64,000 nt of DNA from an uncultured delta proteobacterium (GCA_963842085.1 CAWJET010000001.1:1056001-1120000); one strand, 5' to 3'; positions 1 to 10,020 are shown, numbered from the stretch's first letter. Notes: a model not told the origin generated them from the sequence alone. Translations and numbers: made by a program.

Positions 1-396
1 GGCGACAACGCGTACGGCGCGCTTAGCGTGTTCGCCGCGCTGTACTGGAAGATCGATCTGCACTTCAGCGTCGCCGCCGGCAGCTTCCATCCGCGCCCCA
101 AGGTTGACGCGGAAGTTCTCGCCTTCGCTCGACGAACGACTCCAGTGTTTGCGGCCGGCGACGAGCGTGACGTGCTCGAAACCGTGCGGGCCTCGTTCTC
201 CGCGCCGCGCAAGACGATTCGCAACGCGCTCAGCAATTCGCTCGGAATCGACAGCACGCGAATCGCGCGCGCGCTCGAACGCGCCGCGATCGATCCGGCC
301 ACGCGCGCCGAGACGCTCGGCGTCGCCGATTTTCCAAGACTCGCGCACGCACTGCGCACGGAACTGGCCGGCAGGATCGTCACACGCGATGCCTGA
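1..396 (+). CDS. rsmA: 16S rRNA dimethyladenosine transferase RsmA/KsgA, C-terminal part (5' end outside window)
   Basis: Motifs YGALSV, SFHPRPKVDA, FSAPRKTIRNAL, RAETL. Confidence 0.88.
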   Translation, partial: GDNAYGALSVFAALYWKIDLHFSVAAGSFHPRPKVDAEVLAFARRTTPVFAAGDERDVLETVRASFSAPRKTIRNALSNSLGIDSTRIARALERAAIDPATRAETLGVADFPRLAHALRTELAGRIVTRDA

Positions 397-1222
397 ACTG
401 CCGGAAGTCGAGTCGCTGCGCCGGATACTGCTTCGAACGGCAGTCGGCAGAACGATCGTCAGCGTTCGGATCGGCGCGAAGCGCCTGCGTCGCCGCGTCA
501 CTGCGAATTTTGCCGGAGTGATCGCCGGCCGGCGAATTGTTAAACTGTCGCGCCGCGCAAAATATCTGATCGTCGAGCTCGACGGCGACGACGCGATGCT
601 GGTGCACCTCGGGATGTCCGGCAGTTTGACCCATCGCCACGACGGCTTCCGCGCCGACGACTTCGATCCGCGCCACGACCATCTTGAATTCACCCTCGAC
701 GACGGCTCGCGCCTGGTCTACAACGATCCGCGGCGCTTCGGCATGGTGCGCCTCGTCAAGCGCGCGGCGTTGGCTTCCACGGCGGAGCTGAAAGGTCTCG
801 GCCCCGAGCCGTTGTCGCGCCGGTTCAACGCCGATTATCTTGCGGCGAAGGCGCGCGGCCGGACGGCAGCGATCAAGAACCTGATAATGGATCAACGAAT
901 CGTCGCCGGCATCGGCAACATCTATGCGTCCGAGATATTGTTTCGCGCCAGCGTGCGGCCCGCGCGGCGTGCCGGGCGCGTGACGCGAGCCGAGATCGAA
1001 AAAATCGCGGCGGCCGTGCCGGTGATCCTGCGCGCCGCGATCGGCAGCAACGGCACCACCTTTCGCAGCTATCGCGATTCGCGCGGACAGCCCGGGCGCT
1101 TCGCCGCGCGCCTGCGCGTATACGGTCGCGAGGGGAAACCGTGCTACGAATGCTCGACGCCGATCAAAAATGCGATCGTGGGCCAACGCGCCAGCTGCTA
1201 TTGCCCGCAGTGCCAGAGTTGA
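389..1222 (+). CDS. mutM: Formamidopyrimidine-DNA glycosylase
   Basis: Starts MPELPEVE; HLGMSG, GIGNIYASE, C-terminal CxxC...CxxCQ zinc finger. Confidence 0.97.
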   Translation: MPELPEVESLRRILLRTAVGRTIVSVRIGAKRLRRRVTANFAGVIAGRRIVKLSRRAKYLIVELDGDDAMLVHLGMSGSLTHRHDGFRADDFDPRHDHLEFTLDDGSRLVYNDPRRFGMVRLVKRAALASTAELKGLGPEPLSRRFNADYLAAKARGRTAAIKNLIMDQRIVAGIGNIYASEILFRASVRPARRAGRVTRAEIEKIAAAVPVILRAAIGSNGTTFRSYRDSRGQPGRFAARLRVYGREGKPCYECSTPIKNAIVGQRASCYCPQCQS

Positions 1223-1315
1223 CCGGCTCGAAGGTGGATTGCGATTATGCCCGCTTATGATTTGACGATCGGTCTCTGCGCGCACCGTTGACACCGCGCA
1301 TGTTATGGTGACGCT

Positions 1316-2155
1316 ATGACATTCGATATGCCCGAGGGCATCGGCGCCGCGATTGCCTTCCTGTTCGGCGCCAGCGTCGGCAGCTTCGTTTGCGTGATCG
1401 CATACCGGCTCCCGCGCGATCTTTCGATCGTCTCGCCGCGCTCGTATTGCGAGAGTTGCGAGCGCGCGCTGCCGTGGTGGGCGAACATCCCGATTCTGGC
1501 CTACCTTGGACTGCGCGGGCGATGCGTGATGTGCGGCGCGCCGATTCCGTTCCGCCATTTCCTCGGGGAATTCGGACTCGCCATCACCGGCCTCTATCTC
1601 TACCTCGCCTTCCCGCTGCCCGACGCGATCGCGCGCTTCGTGCTATGCGCCGCGCTGTGGGCAGTCGCGTTCATCGATTACGACTGGCGGCTGATTCCGA
1701 ACATCATCACGTGGCCGGGGACGCTGGTCGGCTTCGTCGCCGCATCGCTGATGATGCCGGAGGTCGGCTGGAAAAGTTCCCTGATCGGAATCATCGTGGG
1801 CGGCGGTGTCCTGTTCGGCACCGGCTATTTCTACCAGCTTGTCCGCGGACGCGAGGGGGTGGGCCTGGGCGACGTGTGGCTGCTGGGGATGGTCGGCGGA
1901 TTTCTCGGCTGGCAGGGAGTTTTCTTTACCATGTTTTTCGGCTCGGTAATCGGCGCGATCGGGGGGATCGCGTTCGCGCTCGCCGGCGGCGGTGCGACTG
2001 CGCCCGCTCCGCTCGGCGAGCCGGCCTCCGATCCGGAGGAAGCCGACGTCTCGATTCTGCGCACCGAGGTCCCCTTCGGCCCGTACCTGGCGCTGGCCGC
2101 CGGCGTCTTCGCTCTGTTTCAGCCGGAACTCATGCGCTGGTATCTTGGCGGCTAA
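1316..2155 (+). CDS. pilD: Prepilin peptidase (A24)
   Basis: GSFVCVIAYRLP, CxxC...CxxC, FIDYD and GLGD catalytic aspartates, VPFGPYL. Confidence 0.92.
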   Translation: MTFDMPEGIGAAIAFLFGASVGSFVCVIAYRLPRDLSIVSPRSYCESCERALPWWANIPILAYLGLRGRCVMCGAPIPFRHFLGEFGLAITGLYLYLAFPLPDAIARFVLCAALWAVAFIDYDWRLIPNIITWPGTLVGFVAASLMMPEVGWKSSLIGIIVGGGVLFGTGYFYQLVRGREGVGLGDVWLLGMVGGFLGWQGVFFTMFFGSVIGAIGGIAFALAGGGATAPAPLGEPASDPEEADVSILRTEVPFGPYLALAAGVFALFQPELMRWYLGG

Positions 2156-2157
2156 CG

Positions 2158-2799
2158 ATGGCAGCCGGGGTATTCATCACGCTCGAAGGCGTCGAAGGAA
2201 GCGGCAAGACCACCCAGGCCGCGATTCTCGGCGACGCGCTGCGGAAAAACGGACGGCGCGTAACGGTCACCCATGAGCCGGGCGGAACGCGCGCCGGCGA
2301 AACGATTCGCGCGATTTTTCTCGATCCCGCGGTCTCGCTCGATGTAGCCGCCGAGCTGCTGCTCGTCCTTGCCGACCGCGCGCAGCACGTGCGCGAAAAA
2401 CTCCGGCCCGCGCTGGCCGCCGGCGAGATCGTGATCTCCGATCGCTATTCCGATTCGACCACCGCCTACCAGGGCCACGGCCGCGGCTTCGAGCTCAAGC
2501 TGCTCGGCGACTTGAACCGGCTCGCGAGCGACAATGTGACGCCCGATCTCACTATCGTCCTCGACCTGCCGGTCGAGACCGGACTGGAGCGCACGCGCGC
2601 GCGCGCCAGGGACACCGGCCGCGGCTCCGACCGCTTCGAGGGCGAACGCGCCGAGTTCCATCGCAGAGTGCGTGACGGTTTTCTCGCGATCGCGAAGGCC
2701 GAGCCTGCGCGCGTCGTCGTGATCGACGCCGACCGTCCGGTCGCCGCGGTCAGCGCCGACATCGGCCGCGCGGTGGACGGGCTGCTCGCTCACCGATGA
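2158..2799 (+). CDS. tmk: Thymidylate kinase
   Basis: FITLEGVEGSGKTTQ P-loop, HEPGGT, SDRY..STTAYQG. Confidence 0.96.
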   Translation: MAAGVFITLEGVEGSGKTTQAAILGDALRKNGRRVTVTHEPGGTRAGETIRAIFLDPAVSLDVAAELLLVLADRAQHVREKLRPALAAGEIVISDRYSDSTTAYQGHGRGFELKLLGDLNRLASDNVTPDLTIVLDLPVETGLERTRARARDTGRGSDRFEGERAEFHRRVRDGFLAIAKAEPARVVVIDADRPVAAVSADIGRAVDGLLAHR

Positions 2800-2809
2800 C
2801 CGGGTCGCC

Positions 2810-3889
2810 ATGCCGCTAAGCTCGATCCGCGGGCATCGCGAGATAGCCGCCCGGCTGCTCGCCGAATTGCGCAGCCGCCCCTCGCACTCCTATCTCTTCG
2901 CAGGACCGCGCGGCGTCGGGAAAGCGCTGGTGGCGACCAGTCTCGTCCATGCGCTGATGTGCGAGCGATCGCCCGGCGAGAACTTTTGCTGCTCCACCGC
3001 GCGATGCCCGGTCCGTATCGCGCCGCCGACCGAGCGCACGCGCGCACGCGCTGGTGACGCGGACGCGCCGCGATGCGATTGCTGCTCGGCGTGCGTGCAA
3101 ATCGCGACGGGCGTGCATCCGGACTTCACCTACCTGTCCAAGCCGCCAGGCCGCACCGACGTTCTGATCGAGCAGGTCCGTGAACTGATCGTGCGGCTGG
3201 GGATCAGGCCGTCGCGCTCGTCGGTTCGTATGGCAGTTATCGACGACGCCGAGACCCTCAACATTCCCGCGCAGAACGCGCTGCTGAAGACGCTCGAGGA
3301 GCCGCCCGGCCATGCGATCATCATCATGGTGACCGCCAGCGAGCGCGCCCTGCTCGACACCGTCCGCTCGCGCACGCGCACGGTCAGGTTCCCCGCGCTA
3401 AAGACCGCCGAGCTCGAGGCTATCCTTGCCGCGCATGGCGTCGCCGACAAGGCTCGCGCCAGTGCGCTTGCTCTTCTGGCGCGCGGCAGCGCTGCCAATG
3501 CGATTGCGCTTGCCGACGGCGATGAGCCGCCGATGAAAGAACTGCTCGATGCGCTGAGCACTGCCAAATCGATCGATTTCGTTCGCGCGCAATCGCTCGC
3601 GCAGGAGTTCTTTGCCAACCGCGACACGGCGGCCGGCAATTTCGAGCTGCTCGCAAGATTGCTCGAGGAAATACTATGCTACAAACTGCTTAGGACCGAT
3701 TTCGCAGCGTTTCCGGCCGAATCGCGGTCGAAAATGGCGAGCCTGGGGGATAGTCTCGATGTGGACGCGGTTGTGAAGTGTATTGACGCTGCGGTGCGCG
3801 CGGTCGAAGCCGTCGAAGCGATGGCAAATCCGCGCATGCAGGCGGAGCATTGGTGGACTATCGCCGGCCGCGCGATGCGGGGTGGGTAA
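2810..3889 (+). CDS. holB: DNA polymerase III delta' subunit
   Basis: HSYLFAGPRGVGK, HPDF, AQNALLKTLEEPP, TVRSR; follows tmk. Confidence 0.92.
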   Translation: MPLSSIRGHREIAARLLAELRSRPSHSYLFAGPRGVGKALVATSLVHALMCERSPGENFCCSTARCPVRIAPPTERTRARAGDADAPRCDCCSACVQIATGVHPDFTYLSKPPGRTDVLIEQVRELIVRLGIRPSRSSVRMAVIDDAETLNIPAQNALLKTLEEPPGHAIIIMVTASERALLDTVRSRTRTVRFPALKTAELEAILAAHGVADKARASALALLARGSAANAIALADGDEPPMKELLDALSTAKSIDFVRAQSLAQEFFANRDTAAGNFELLARLLEEILCYKLLRTDFAAFPAESRSKMASLGDSLDVDAVVKCIDAAVRAVEAVEAMANPRMQAEHWWTIAGRAMRGG

Positions 3890-3895
3890 AAGATA

Positions 3896-4741
3896 GTGGC
3901 AGACATCGATCCGTTTGAAGGCGCACCGCCGCTGCCGAAAATCGTCGCGGTCAGTATCCAGCAGACCGGCCACCTGTACAATTTCCTGGCCGGCGACCGC
4001 GCGCTGCGCCGCGGCGAACGCGTGCTGGTCGAGAGCGAGGCGGGCACGCGGGTCGGTACCGTCGAGGTCGAGCCGCACGAGCCCGCGCGGACGATCGACC
4101 TTTCCGCGCTGCGGCCCATCATCCGGATTGCGAGTGACAACGACTTTCACATCGAGCAGGAAAATCTCTCGCGCGAGGCACACGCGCGCCGCCTGTGCGT
4201 CGAGCGCATTCGCGAGCGGCGCATCCAGATGAAGCTGGTCAGTGCCGACTACACTTTCGACTCGCGCAAGGTCACCTTCTATTTCGTCGCCGAAGGGCGC
4301 GTCGATTTCCGCGACCTGGTCCGCGACCTCGCCAACACGCTGCGCGTGCGCGTCGAGATGAAGCAGATTGGCGCCCGCGACGAGACCAAGGTCACGGGAG
4401 GGCTGGGTCCATGCGGTCGCGAGCTATGCTGCTCGAGCTGGCTGCGCGACTTCGAGGCGGTGACCGTCAAGATGGCGCGCGAGCAGGGGCTCGCACTCAA
4501 TCCATCGCGGCTGGCCGGAATGTGCGGGCGGCTGAAATGTTGCCTGCGCTACGAATACGCCACTTACGTCGAACTCAAGCGCGCGCTCCCCAACCTCGGC
4601 AAGCGCGTGCAATGCGTCAAGGGCGACGGCAAAGTGGTCCGCCAGAACATCCTCAAGCAGACCGTCCTGATTCAGCGCGAGGAAGACGGCGGCGTGGTCG
4701 AGGTCACCCTCGAAGACCTGGTCGCCTCGCGCCCGCAATAG
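3896..4741 (+). CDS. PSP1/RicT (YaaT)-family protein
   Basis: RVDFRDLVRDL, GPCGRELCC, LAGMCGRLKCCLRYE; conserved tmk-holB-PSP1-metG-tatD order. Confidence 0.9.
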   Translation: MADIDPFEGAPPLPKIVAVSIQQTGHLYNFLAGDRALRRGERVLVESEAGTRVGTVEVEPHEPARTIDLSALRPIIRIASDNDFHIEQENLSREAHARRLCVERIRERRIQMKLVSADYTFDSRKVTFYFVAEGRVDFRDLVRDLANTLRVRVEMKQIGARDETKVTGGLGPCGRELCCSSWLRDFEAVTVKMAREQGLALNPSRLAGMCGRLKCCLRYEYATYVELKRALPNLGKRVQCVKGDGKVVRQNILKQTVLIQREEDGGVVEVTLEDLVASRPQ

Positions 4742-4912
4742 CCTGGATCAAGTAGCGCGGGCGGGATGTCACCGAGCCCGCTCGCAATAGTTCTCTTTCT
4801 CGCGTGTCAGTGGCATTCAGAAATTAGGTTCTTCTTTTGTCCTCTCCTTGGCCAGGCCAAGGCCGACCCCCGGTCGCGCGACATCGAGTCTCCCGCTATC
4901 CTCGATCTCCTG

Positions 4913-6478
4913 ATGGCGCCTCGCATCCACATCACGACTGCGATCATCTACAGCAACGGCCCGCCGCATGTCGGCCATGCCTACGAAGTGCTGGCCACCG
5001 ACGCGTTCGCGCGCTTTCAGCGCCGCAGGCTCGGCGCCGCGAACGTCACCTTCGTCACCGGCACCGACGAGCACGGCGACAAGAACAAACGCGCCGCCGA
5101 GGCCGCCGGCCTGGATCCCAAGGCGTTCGCCGACCAGATCAGCGCGCTCTTTCGCGATGCATGGGCCGGGCTGGACATCAGCTACGACTTCTTTGTCCGC
5201 ACCACCGACCCCGTACATCAGGCGTTCGTGCAGAAGATGCTCGCGCGCAGCTACGAATGCGGCGACATCTACTTCAAGGACTATGAAGGTCTCTACTGCG
5301 TCGGATGCGAGCGCTTCTACACCGAAAAGGAATTGCTGCCCGGCAACATCTGTCCCGTGCATAACACTCCCGTCGAACGCATCAAGGAGGGCAACTACTT
5401 CCTGAAGCTCGAGAAGCATCGCGAGACCGTCCGCCGCAACATCGAGAAAAATCCCGACTTTATCCGCCCCGAGCGCTATCGCAACGAGGCGCTGCGGATG
5501 CTCGACGAGCCGCTCGAGGACCTCTGCATCTCGCGGCCCAAGGCGCGCCTCGATTGGGGCATCACGCTGCCGTTCGACGACAAGTACGTGACCTACGTCT
5601 GGTACGACGCGTTCTGGGCCTATCTGAGCGAGCTGCCGAACACCGACGACGCGTCGCTGACTGCGATCCTGCCGGTCACCGAACATTTCATCGGCAAGGA
5701 CATCCTGAAGACGCACGCGGTGTACTGGCCCGCGATGCTGTTGTCGGTCGGCTTCCCGCTCTATCGCCATCTTAACGTCCACGGATTTCTGAATTTCGGC
5801 GGCGCGCGGATGTCCAAGAGCTCGGGCAACATCCAGGATCCCGTCGCCTATCAGCAAAACATCGGACCCGACGTTCTGCGGTTCTTCATCCTGCGCGAAT
5901 TCACCTACGGCCTCGACGGCGACTTTACCGAACAGCGCGTGATCGACCGCTACAACTCAGACCTGGCCAACGACCTCGGCAACCTGACCAGCCGCGTGCT
6001 CTCGATGGCGGCGCGATACTTCGAAGGGGCGATCACGGCATCGCCCGTCGGCACCGCCGCTGGCGCGAACACCGAACCGCTCGACGTGGCGCTCGCGGAG
6101 ACGTTCGCCTCGATACCGTCGCGACTGGCGCCGCTGGTCGAGGAGCTAGCGTTCAACCGCGCTCTGGAAGCCATCTGGCAAGCCCTCGACGCGGCCAACA
6201 AGTACATCGTCGCGACCTCGCCGTTCACACTCGCCAAGGACGCCGCCAAACTGCCGCGCGTTGCACAGATCCTCGCCAACCTGGTCGAGGGGCTGCGCGT
6301 AGTCGCCGACAGCCTCGAGCCTTTCATGCCGGTAACGTCGAAAAAAATTCTCGAACTGCTCAATGTCGACGAGACGCTAGCGCGTGCGCCATACGGAGAC
6401 GGCATCAAGCCGGGGCATCGCGTAAATCCGACGACGCCGCTGTTCCCGCGCATCGACAAGAAATCTCAGCCACGATGA
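4913..6478 (+). CDS. metG: Methionyl-tRNA synthetase (no C-terminal tRNA-binding domain)
   Basis: HVGH, GTDEHG, YCVGCE zinc knuckle, YVWYDA, GKDI, RMSKS; start set at ATG 4913. Confidence 0.95.
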   Translation: MAPRIHITTAIIYSNGPPHVGHAYEVLATDAFARFQRRRLGAANVTFVTGTDEHGDKNKRAAEAAGLDPKAFADQISALFRDAWAGLDISYDFFVRTTDPVHQAFVQKMLARSYECGDIYFKDYEGLYCVGCERFYTEKELLPGNICPVHNTPVERIKEGNYFLKLEKHRETVRRNIEKNPDFIRPERYRNEALRMLDEPLEDLCISRPKARLDWGITLPFDDKYVTYVWYDAFWAYLSELPNTDDASLTAILPVTEHFIGKDILKTHAVYWPAMLLSVGFPLYRHLNVHGFLNFGGARMSKSSGNIQDPVAYQQNIGPDVLRFFILREFTYGLDGDFTEQRVIDRYNSDLANDLGNLTSRVLSMAARYFEGAITASPVGTAAGANTEPLDVALAETFASIPSRLAPLVEELAFNRALEAIWQALDAANKYIVATSPFTLAKDAAKLPRVAQILANLVEGLRVVADSLEPFMPVTSKKILELLNVDETLARAPYGDGIKPGHRVNPTTPLFPRIDKKSQPR

Positions 6479-7269
6479 TCGTCGACACGCACTGTCATCT
6501 TGCGGATGCCAAGTTCCGCGACGACGTCGAAGCGGTGATCGCGCGCGCGTCAGCCGCCGGCGTGGCGCAGATCATCTCGGTTGGCGCGATCGGACCGATC
6601 GAAAACGATCGATTGACGGTCGAAATCGCGGAGCGTCATCAAAATGTCTTCGCCGCCGTCGGCGTGCATCCGCATGAGGCCAAGGACTGCACCTCCGAGC
6701 GCATCGCACAGTTGCGTGACCTGGCCGCGTCGAAAAAAGTGGTGGCGATCGGCGAGAGCGGGCTCGATTTTCATTACATGCACTCGCCGCGCGAGGCGCA
6801 GGAAGCGTCCCTGCGCGCGCATCTTGCACTCGCCGCCGAACTCGGTCTGCCAATCGTGATTCATTGCCGCGACGCGGAGCGCCGGTTCGTAGAGATCGTG
6901 CGCGAGACCGGGATTCCGCCGCGCGGCGGCGTGATTCATTGCTTCACCGGCGACGCCAACGCGGCGCGCGAGTTCCTCGCGCTCGGATTCTGCATCTCGT
7001 TCTCGGGCATCATCACGTTCAAAAATTCCGCGCCGATTCGCGAGGCCGCGTCGATCGTTCCCGACGACCGCGTGATGGTCGAGACGGACGCACCCTATCT
7101 CGCGCCCGAGCCGTACCGCGGCAAGCGCAATGAGCCCGCCTACCTCACGCGCACGCTCGAAATGCTCGCGAACCTTCGCCGCATCGACGCAGCTGCACTC
7201 GGTGCGCGCGTGATCGCAAACGCCGCCCACGTATTCAGGCTGCCGCCACCATCGAAAACGCTATCCTAG
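6475..7269 (+). CDS. tatD: TatD-family DNase
   Basis: DTHCHL, GVHPH, AIGESGLD, IHCR, ETDAPYL. Confidence 0.95.
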   Translation: MIVDTHCHLADAKFRDDVEAVIARASAAGVAQIISVGAIGPIENDRLTVEIAERHQNVFAAVGVHPHEAKDCTSERIAQLRDLAASKKVVAIGESGLDFHYMHSPREAQEASLRAHLALAAELGLPIVIHCRDAERRFVEIVRETGIPPRGGVIHCFTGDANAAREFLALGFCISFSGIITFKNSAPIREAASIVPDDRVMVETDAPYLAPEPYRGKRNEPAYLTRTLEMLANLRRIDAAALGARVIANAAHVFRLPPPSKTLS

Positions 7270-7950
7270 CGGATTGCCGCCGAAGATCATCGGATGCAGC
7301 GCGATTATCGCGGCCGTCAGCACGACGCCCGCGCCGATCGCCGCCCACGGCATGTCACCGCTGGTCCATCGAACGCGCCCGCTGACTAGCGCCGCGAAGG
7401 GCACAATCGAGGTCTTCGCGACGAACTCGCGGTAGCGCCCGCCAAGCTCGCGAAGCTTGCGCCCGTCCTGATGCATCCCGCCGATGATTCCGAGCGCGGG
7501 AAACATCCCGAAGAAAATTACGTCGCCGGCCCATCCGTTCATCAGAATGTGCGCAATTCCGAACAGGCTGAATGCGACAAATGCCGGGTGCCGCGTGACC
7601 TTCTGGATGCCGTGGGGCTCAAGCACTCCCTTCGCGCTGGCTACGCCCGGGTTCGGATTGATGAAGCTCGCGACAAACAGGATGAGCGCCGCCAGCATCA
7701 GCAACCACGCCAGCCATCGGATCGGCGCGACCGCACGCAGGTACCAGAGCAAGGGGCCCGCGTGCTTGTTGCGCGCGAACTCGTAGATCAGCGGTCCGAG
7801 CGTCGCGGCCGCGATTAGCGAATAGATGCCGCGATAGGGCTGCTCGCCGACCGCACCTATCAAACGAGGACGCACCGCCGACGACGATACAATCAGGTGG
7901 CTTAACAGGAACGAGACTGCCCACAGCGCGATCCAGACTGTCGCATCCAT
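7261..7950 (-). CDS. NnrU-family membrane protein
   Basis: YRGIYS, GIQKVTRHP, KTSIVPFAA; several TM helices. Confidence 0.75.
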   Translation of the reverse strand: MDATVWIALWAVSFLLSHLIVSSSAVRPRLIGAVGEQPYRGIYSLIAAATLGPLIYEFARNKHAGPLLWYLRAVAPIRWLAWLLMLAALILFVASFINPNPGVASAKGVLEPHGIQKVTRHPAFVAFSLFGIAHILMNGWAGDVIFFGMFPALGIIGGMHQDGRKLRELGGRYREFVAKTSIVPFAALVSGRVRWTSGDMPWAAIGAGVVLTAAIIALHPMIFGGNPLG

Positions 7951-8077
7951 AGTGACCTCCCGCGAGCACGATGATCGCACGATCGCGGCTCGCGTCAACG
8001 CAGTGAATCGCTTGCAGACCGGCGCTCGATTCACGAATCGGCTCGTGCGGGGTTGTAGTCATCGGGAGCATCAAACA

Positions 8078-8260
8078 ATGATACCGACTATCCAGGTTGA
8101 CGAGGCGCGGTTCACAGAAGTCGCGGAGCGCAGTGCAGAGCGTGAGATCGGCGACGGCGTCCGGCTCGCGCAGGCGTGCATGGTCGAGGAAGTCCTCGGC
8201 GCGGTTTTCGGATCGATCACGCTGTGGTACTTGGTGACTTCGATAGCAGCACTGGCCTGA
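8078..8260 (+). CDS. Small hypothetical protein with C-terminal hydrophobic helix
   Basis: 60-aa ORF with GGGAG upstream, ends 8 nt before the sigma factor start. Confidence 0.35.
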   Translation: MIPTIQVDEARFTEVAERSAEREIGDGVRLAQACMVEEVLGAVFGSITLWYLVTSIAALA

Positions 8261-8268
8261 CCTGCGCG

Positions 8269-8784
8269 ATGCCGACGTTCAATCTCAAGCTGCCGCCGCC
8301 GTTCGAAGAGGCGGTGAAGAGCATGGAACGCGAGATCATGCGCTTTCTCGTGCGCTCGACCGGCGATCGCGACGACGCGATGGACCTGTTCCAGGAGACC
8401 TGGCTGCGTGCCTATCGCGCCTACCCGACGCTGCGCTCGGAAGACGGACTGCGGCCGTGGATTTTTCGAATCGCGTCGAACCTGTGCCGCAATCGAGCGC
8501 GCGACCGGATGCGCCGCGGGCGCGTGATCTCCCACGAGAGCGCCGACGGCGATTCGCTGGAGCATCGCGCGCCGAATCACCTCACCGGCGGCCCCGAAGG
8601 CGCGCTGCATTTGAAGAGATCGATCGCGCGGCTGCCGGGCAGGCAGGGGCAGGCGTTGATGATGCGCAAGTTCGCGGGACTCGAATATACCGAGATCGGC
8701 ACGGCGCTGAATTGCTCGGCCGAGAGCGCGCGCGCAAGCGTGTATCAGGCAGTGAAAAAACTGAAACTCAGGCTCGAAGAGTGA
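8269..8784 (+). CDS. ECF RNA polymerase sigma factor
   Basis: Region 2 DLFQETWLRAY...WIFRIASN; region 4 GLEYTEIGTALNCS. Confidence 0.92.
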   Translation: MPTFNLKLPPPFEEAVKSMEREIMRFLVRSTGDRDDAMDLFQETWLRAYRAYPTLRSEDGLRPWIFRIASNLCRNRARDRMRRGRVISHESADGDSLEHRAPNHLTGGPEGALHLKRSIARLPGRQGQALMMRKFAGLEYTEIGTALNCSAESARASVYQAVKKLKLRLEE

Positions 8785-8789
8785 TCAAG

Positions 8790-9593
8790 ATGAAAACCAA
8801 TCGCATGGCGACGCGAGTGAAAGAGAGTCCACCGCTCGACGACCGGGTGCTCGACGCGATGATCGTGCAGACGCGCCCGCGCATCGAGCGCGCGATGAAG
8901 ATCCTGCGGCGGCCGCAGGCGCGGGTCGGCGTGATTCCGTCACCGCTCGGACGCCTGCTGGTGGCGGAGAGCGACCGCGGCCTCGCGGCGATTCACTTTC
9001 TTTTCATAAGTGGCGGCGAGCGCACGCTCGAGATGCTGCGCAAGAAGTTCGACCTGATCGAGAATGAAGCGAGCGCCCGCCGGATCGAGGCGGAAATCGA
9101 CCGCGTGTTCGAGGGCGGCTTCGACGCGACGGTGCAGCCGGTGGATTTGAGCCTGGTCGAAAGCGATTTCCAGCGCCGCGCGTACACCTTGCTGCGAAAG
9201 GTCCCGGCAGGTGCGGTGATCACCTATCATGGGCTGGCGGCGACGGTCGGCCAGCCCAACGCCCAGCGCGCAATCGGCACTACGATGGCGACGAATCCGA
9301 TCCCGATTTTCGTGCCGTGTCATCGCGTGATTCGATCCGACGGAACGATCGGCAATTACGGCGGCGGCGTGGACAACAAGCTCAAGCTGCTGCGCGCGGA
9401 GGGATTCGAAGTCGGGCGCGACCTGCGACTGCCGTCGCGCGCGGTGATGGGCCATCGACAGACCCGAATCTTCTGCCGGCCGGGCTGCTCGGCGGCGCGG
9501 CGCGCGGATCCAACGAAGGCGCTGATCTTCGCGGATGCCACGTGCGCGGAACACGCCGGCCTGAGGGCGTGCAAGTTGTGCAAGCCGGCGTGA
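8790..9593 (+). CDS. Methylated-DNA-protein-cysteine methyltransferase with C-terminal Ada Zn-binding domain
   Basis: PCHRV active site; C-terminal IFCRPGC...RACKLCKP; alternative GTG start at 8781. Confidence 0.9.
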   Translation: MKTNRMATRVKESPPLDDRVLDAMIVQTRPRIERAMKILRRPQARVGVIPSPLGRLLVAESDRGLAAIHFLFISGGERTLEMLRKKFDLIENEASARRIEAEIDRVFEGGFDATVQPVDLSLVESDFQRRAYTLLRKVPAGAVITYHGLAATVGQPNAQRAIGTTMATNPIPIFVPCHRVIRSDGTIGNYGGGVDNKLKLLRAEGFEVGRDLRLPSRAVMGHRQTRIFCRPGCSAARRADPTKALIFADATCAEHAGLRACKLCKPA

Positions 9594-9615
9594 ATCTCCG
9601 TCCGGCTGAGAAACT

Positions 9616-9652
9616 AAAAGAGCGGCGCCGGATGCGACGCCGCTCTTCTTTT
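9616..9652. terminator. Probable bidirectional intrinsic terminator
   Basis: AAGAGCGGCG...CGCCGCTCTT stem with A-tract before and T-tract after, between convergent genes. Confidence 0.75.
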
Positions 9653-9672
9653 CGTCAGGCCGCGCGGTCAGC

Positions 9673-10020
9673 TTACTCGGTTTCCGACTGCGACTTGAGC
9701 TGCTGGATCTGCTCGCGTTGATTCTCGATTTCCTGCTGTTGCTGCTGCACTTGCGCCTGGGTCTGTGCGTTGGCGTTTTCCTGATTCTGCATCGAATTGC
9801 CGACTACGTAGCCGGTGCCACCGCCCAGCACACCGCCGATCGCTGCGCCCGCGAGCGGATGACCTACCGCGGCGCCCACGATTGCCCCTGTACCAGCACC
9901 CAGCGCCGTGCCACCGAGGGTGCCCTCTTCACGAGTCGAAAGCGGCTGCCCCGTGCATCCAGCAAGAACGAGTGCCCCCGCCAGCGCCAAACTCACTATT
10001 GCCGTTAAACCTTTGCGCAT
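9673..10020 (-). CDS. Glycine-zipper lipoprotein (copy 3)
   Basis: Lipobox LAGC, GxxxG repeats, Gln-rich coiled tail; GGAGG RBS. Confidence 0.85.
   Translation of the reverse strand: MRKGLTAIVSLALAGALVLAGCTGQPLSTREEGTLGGTALGAGTGAIVGAAVGHPLAGAAIGGVLGGGTGYVVGNSMQNQENANAQTQAQVQQQQQEIENQREQIQQLKSQSETE

Noticed and set aside
104-2799. Long ORF versions of mutM (from 104) and tmk (from 1390)
   Set aside because: Extensions overlap rsmA and pilD in other frames; real starts are 389 and 2158.
4766-4912. N-terminal extension or riboswitch before metG
   Set aside because: No T-box or SAM riboswitch signatures recognised; only a short CCTTGGCC/GGCCAAGG hairpin.
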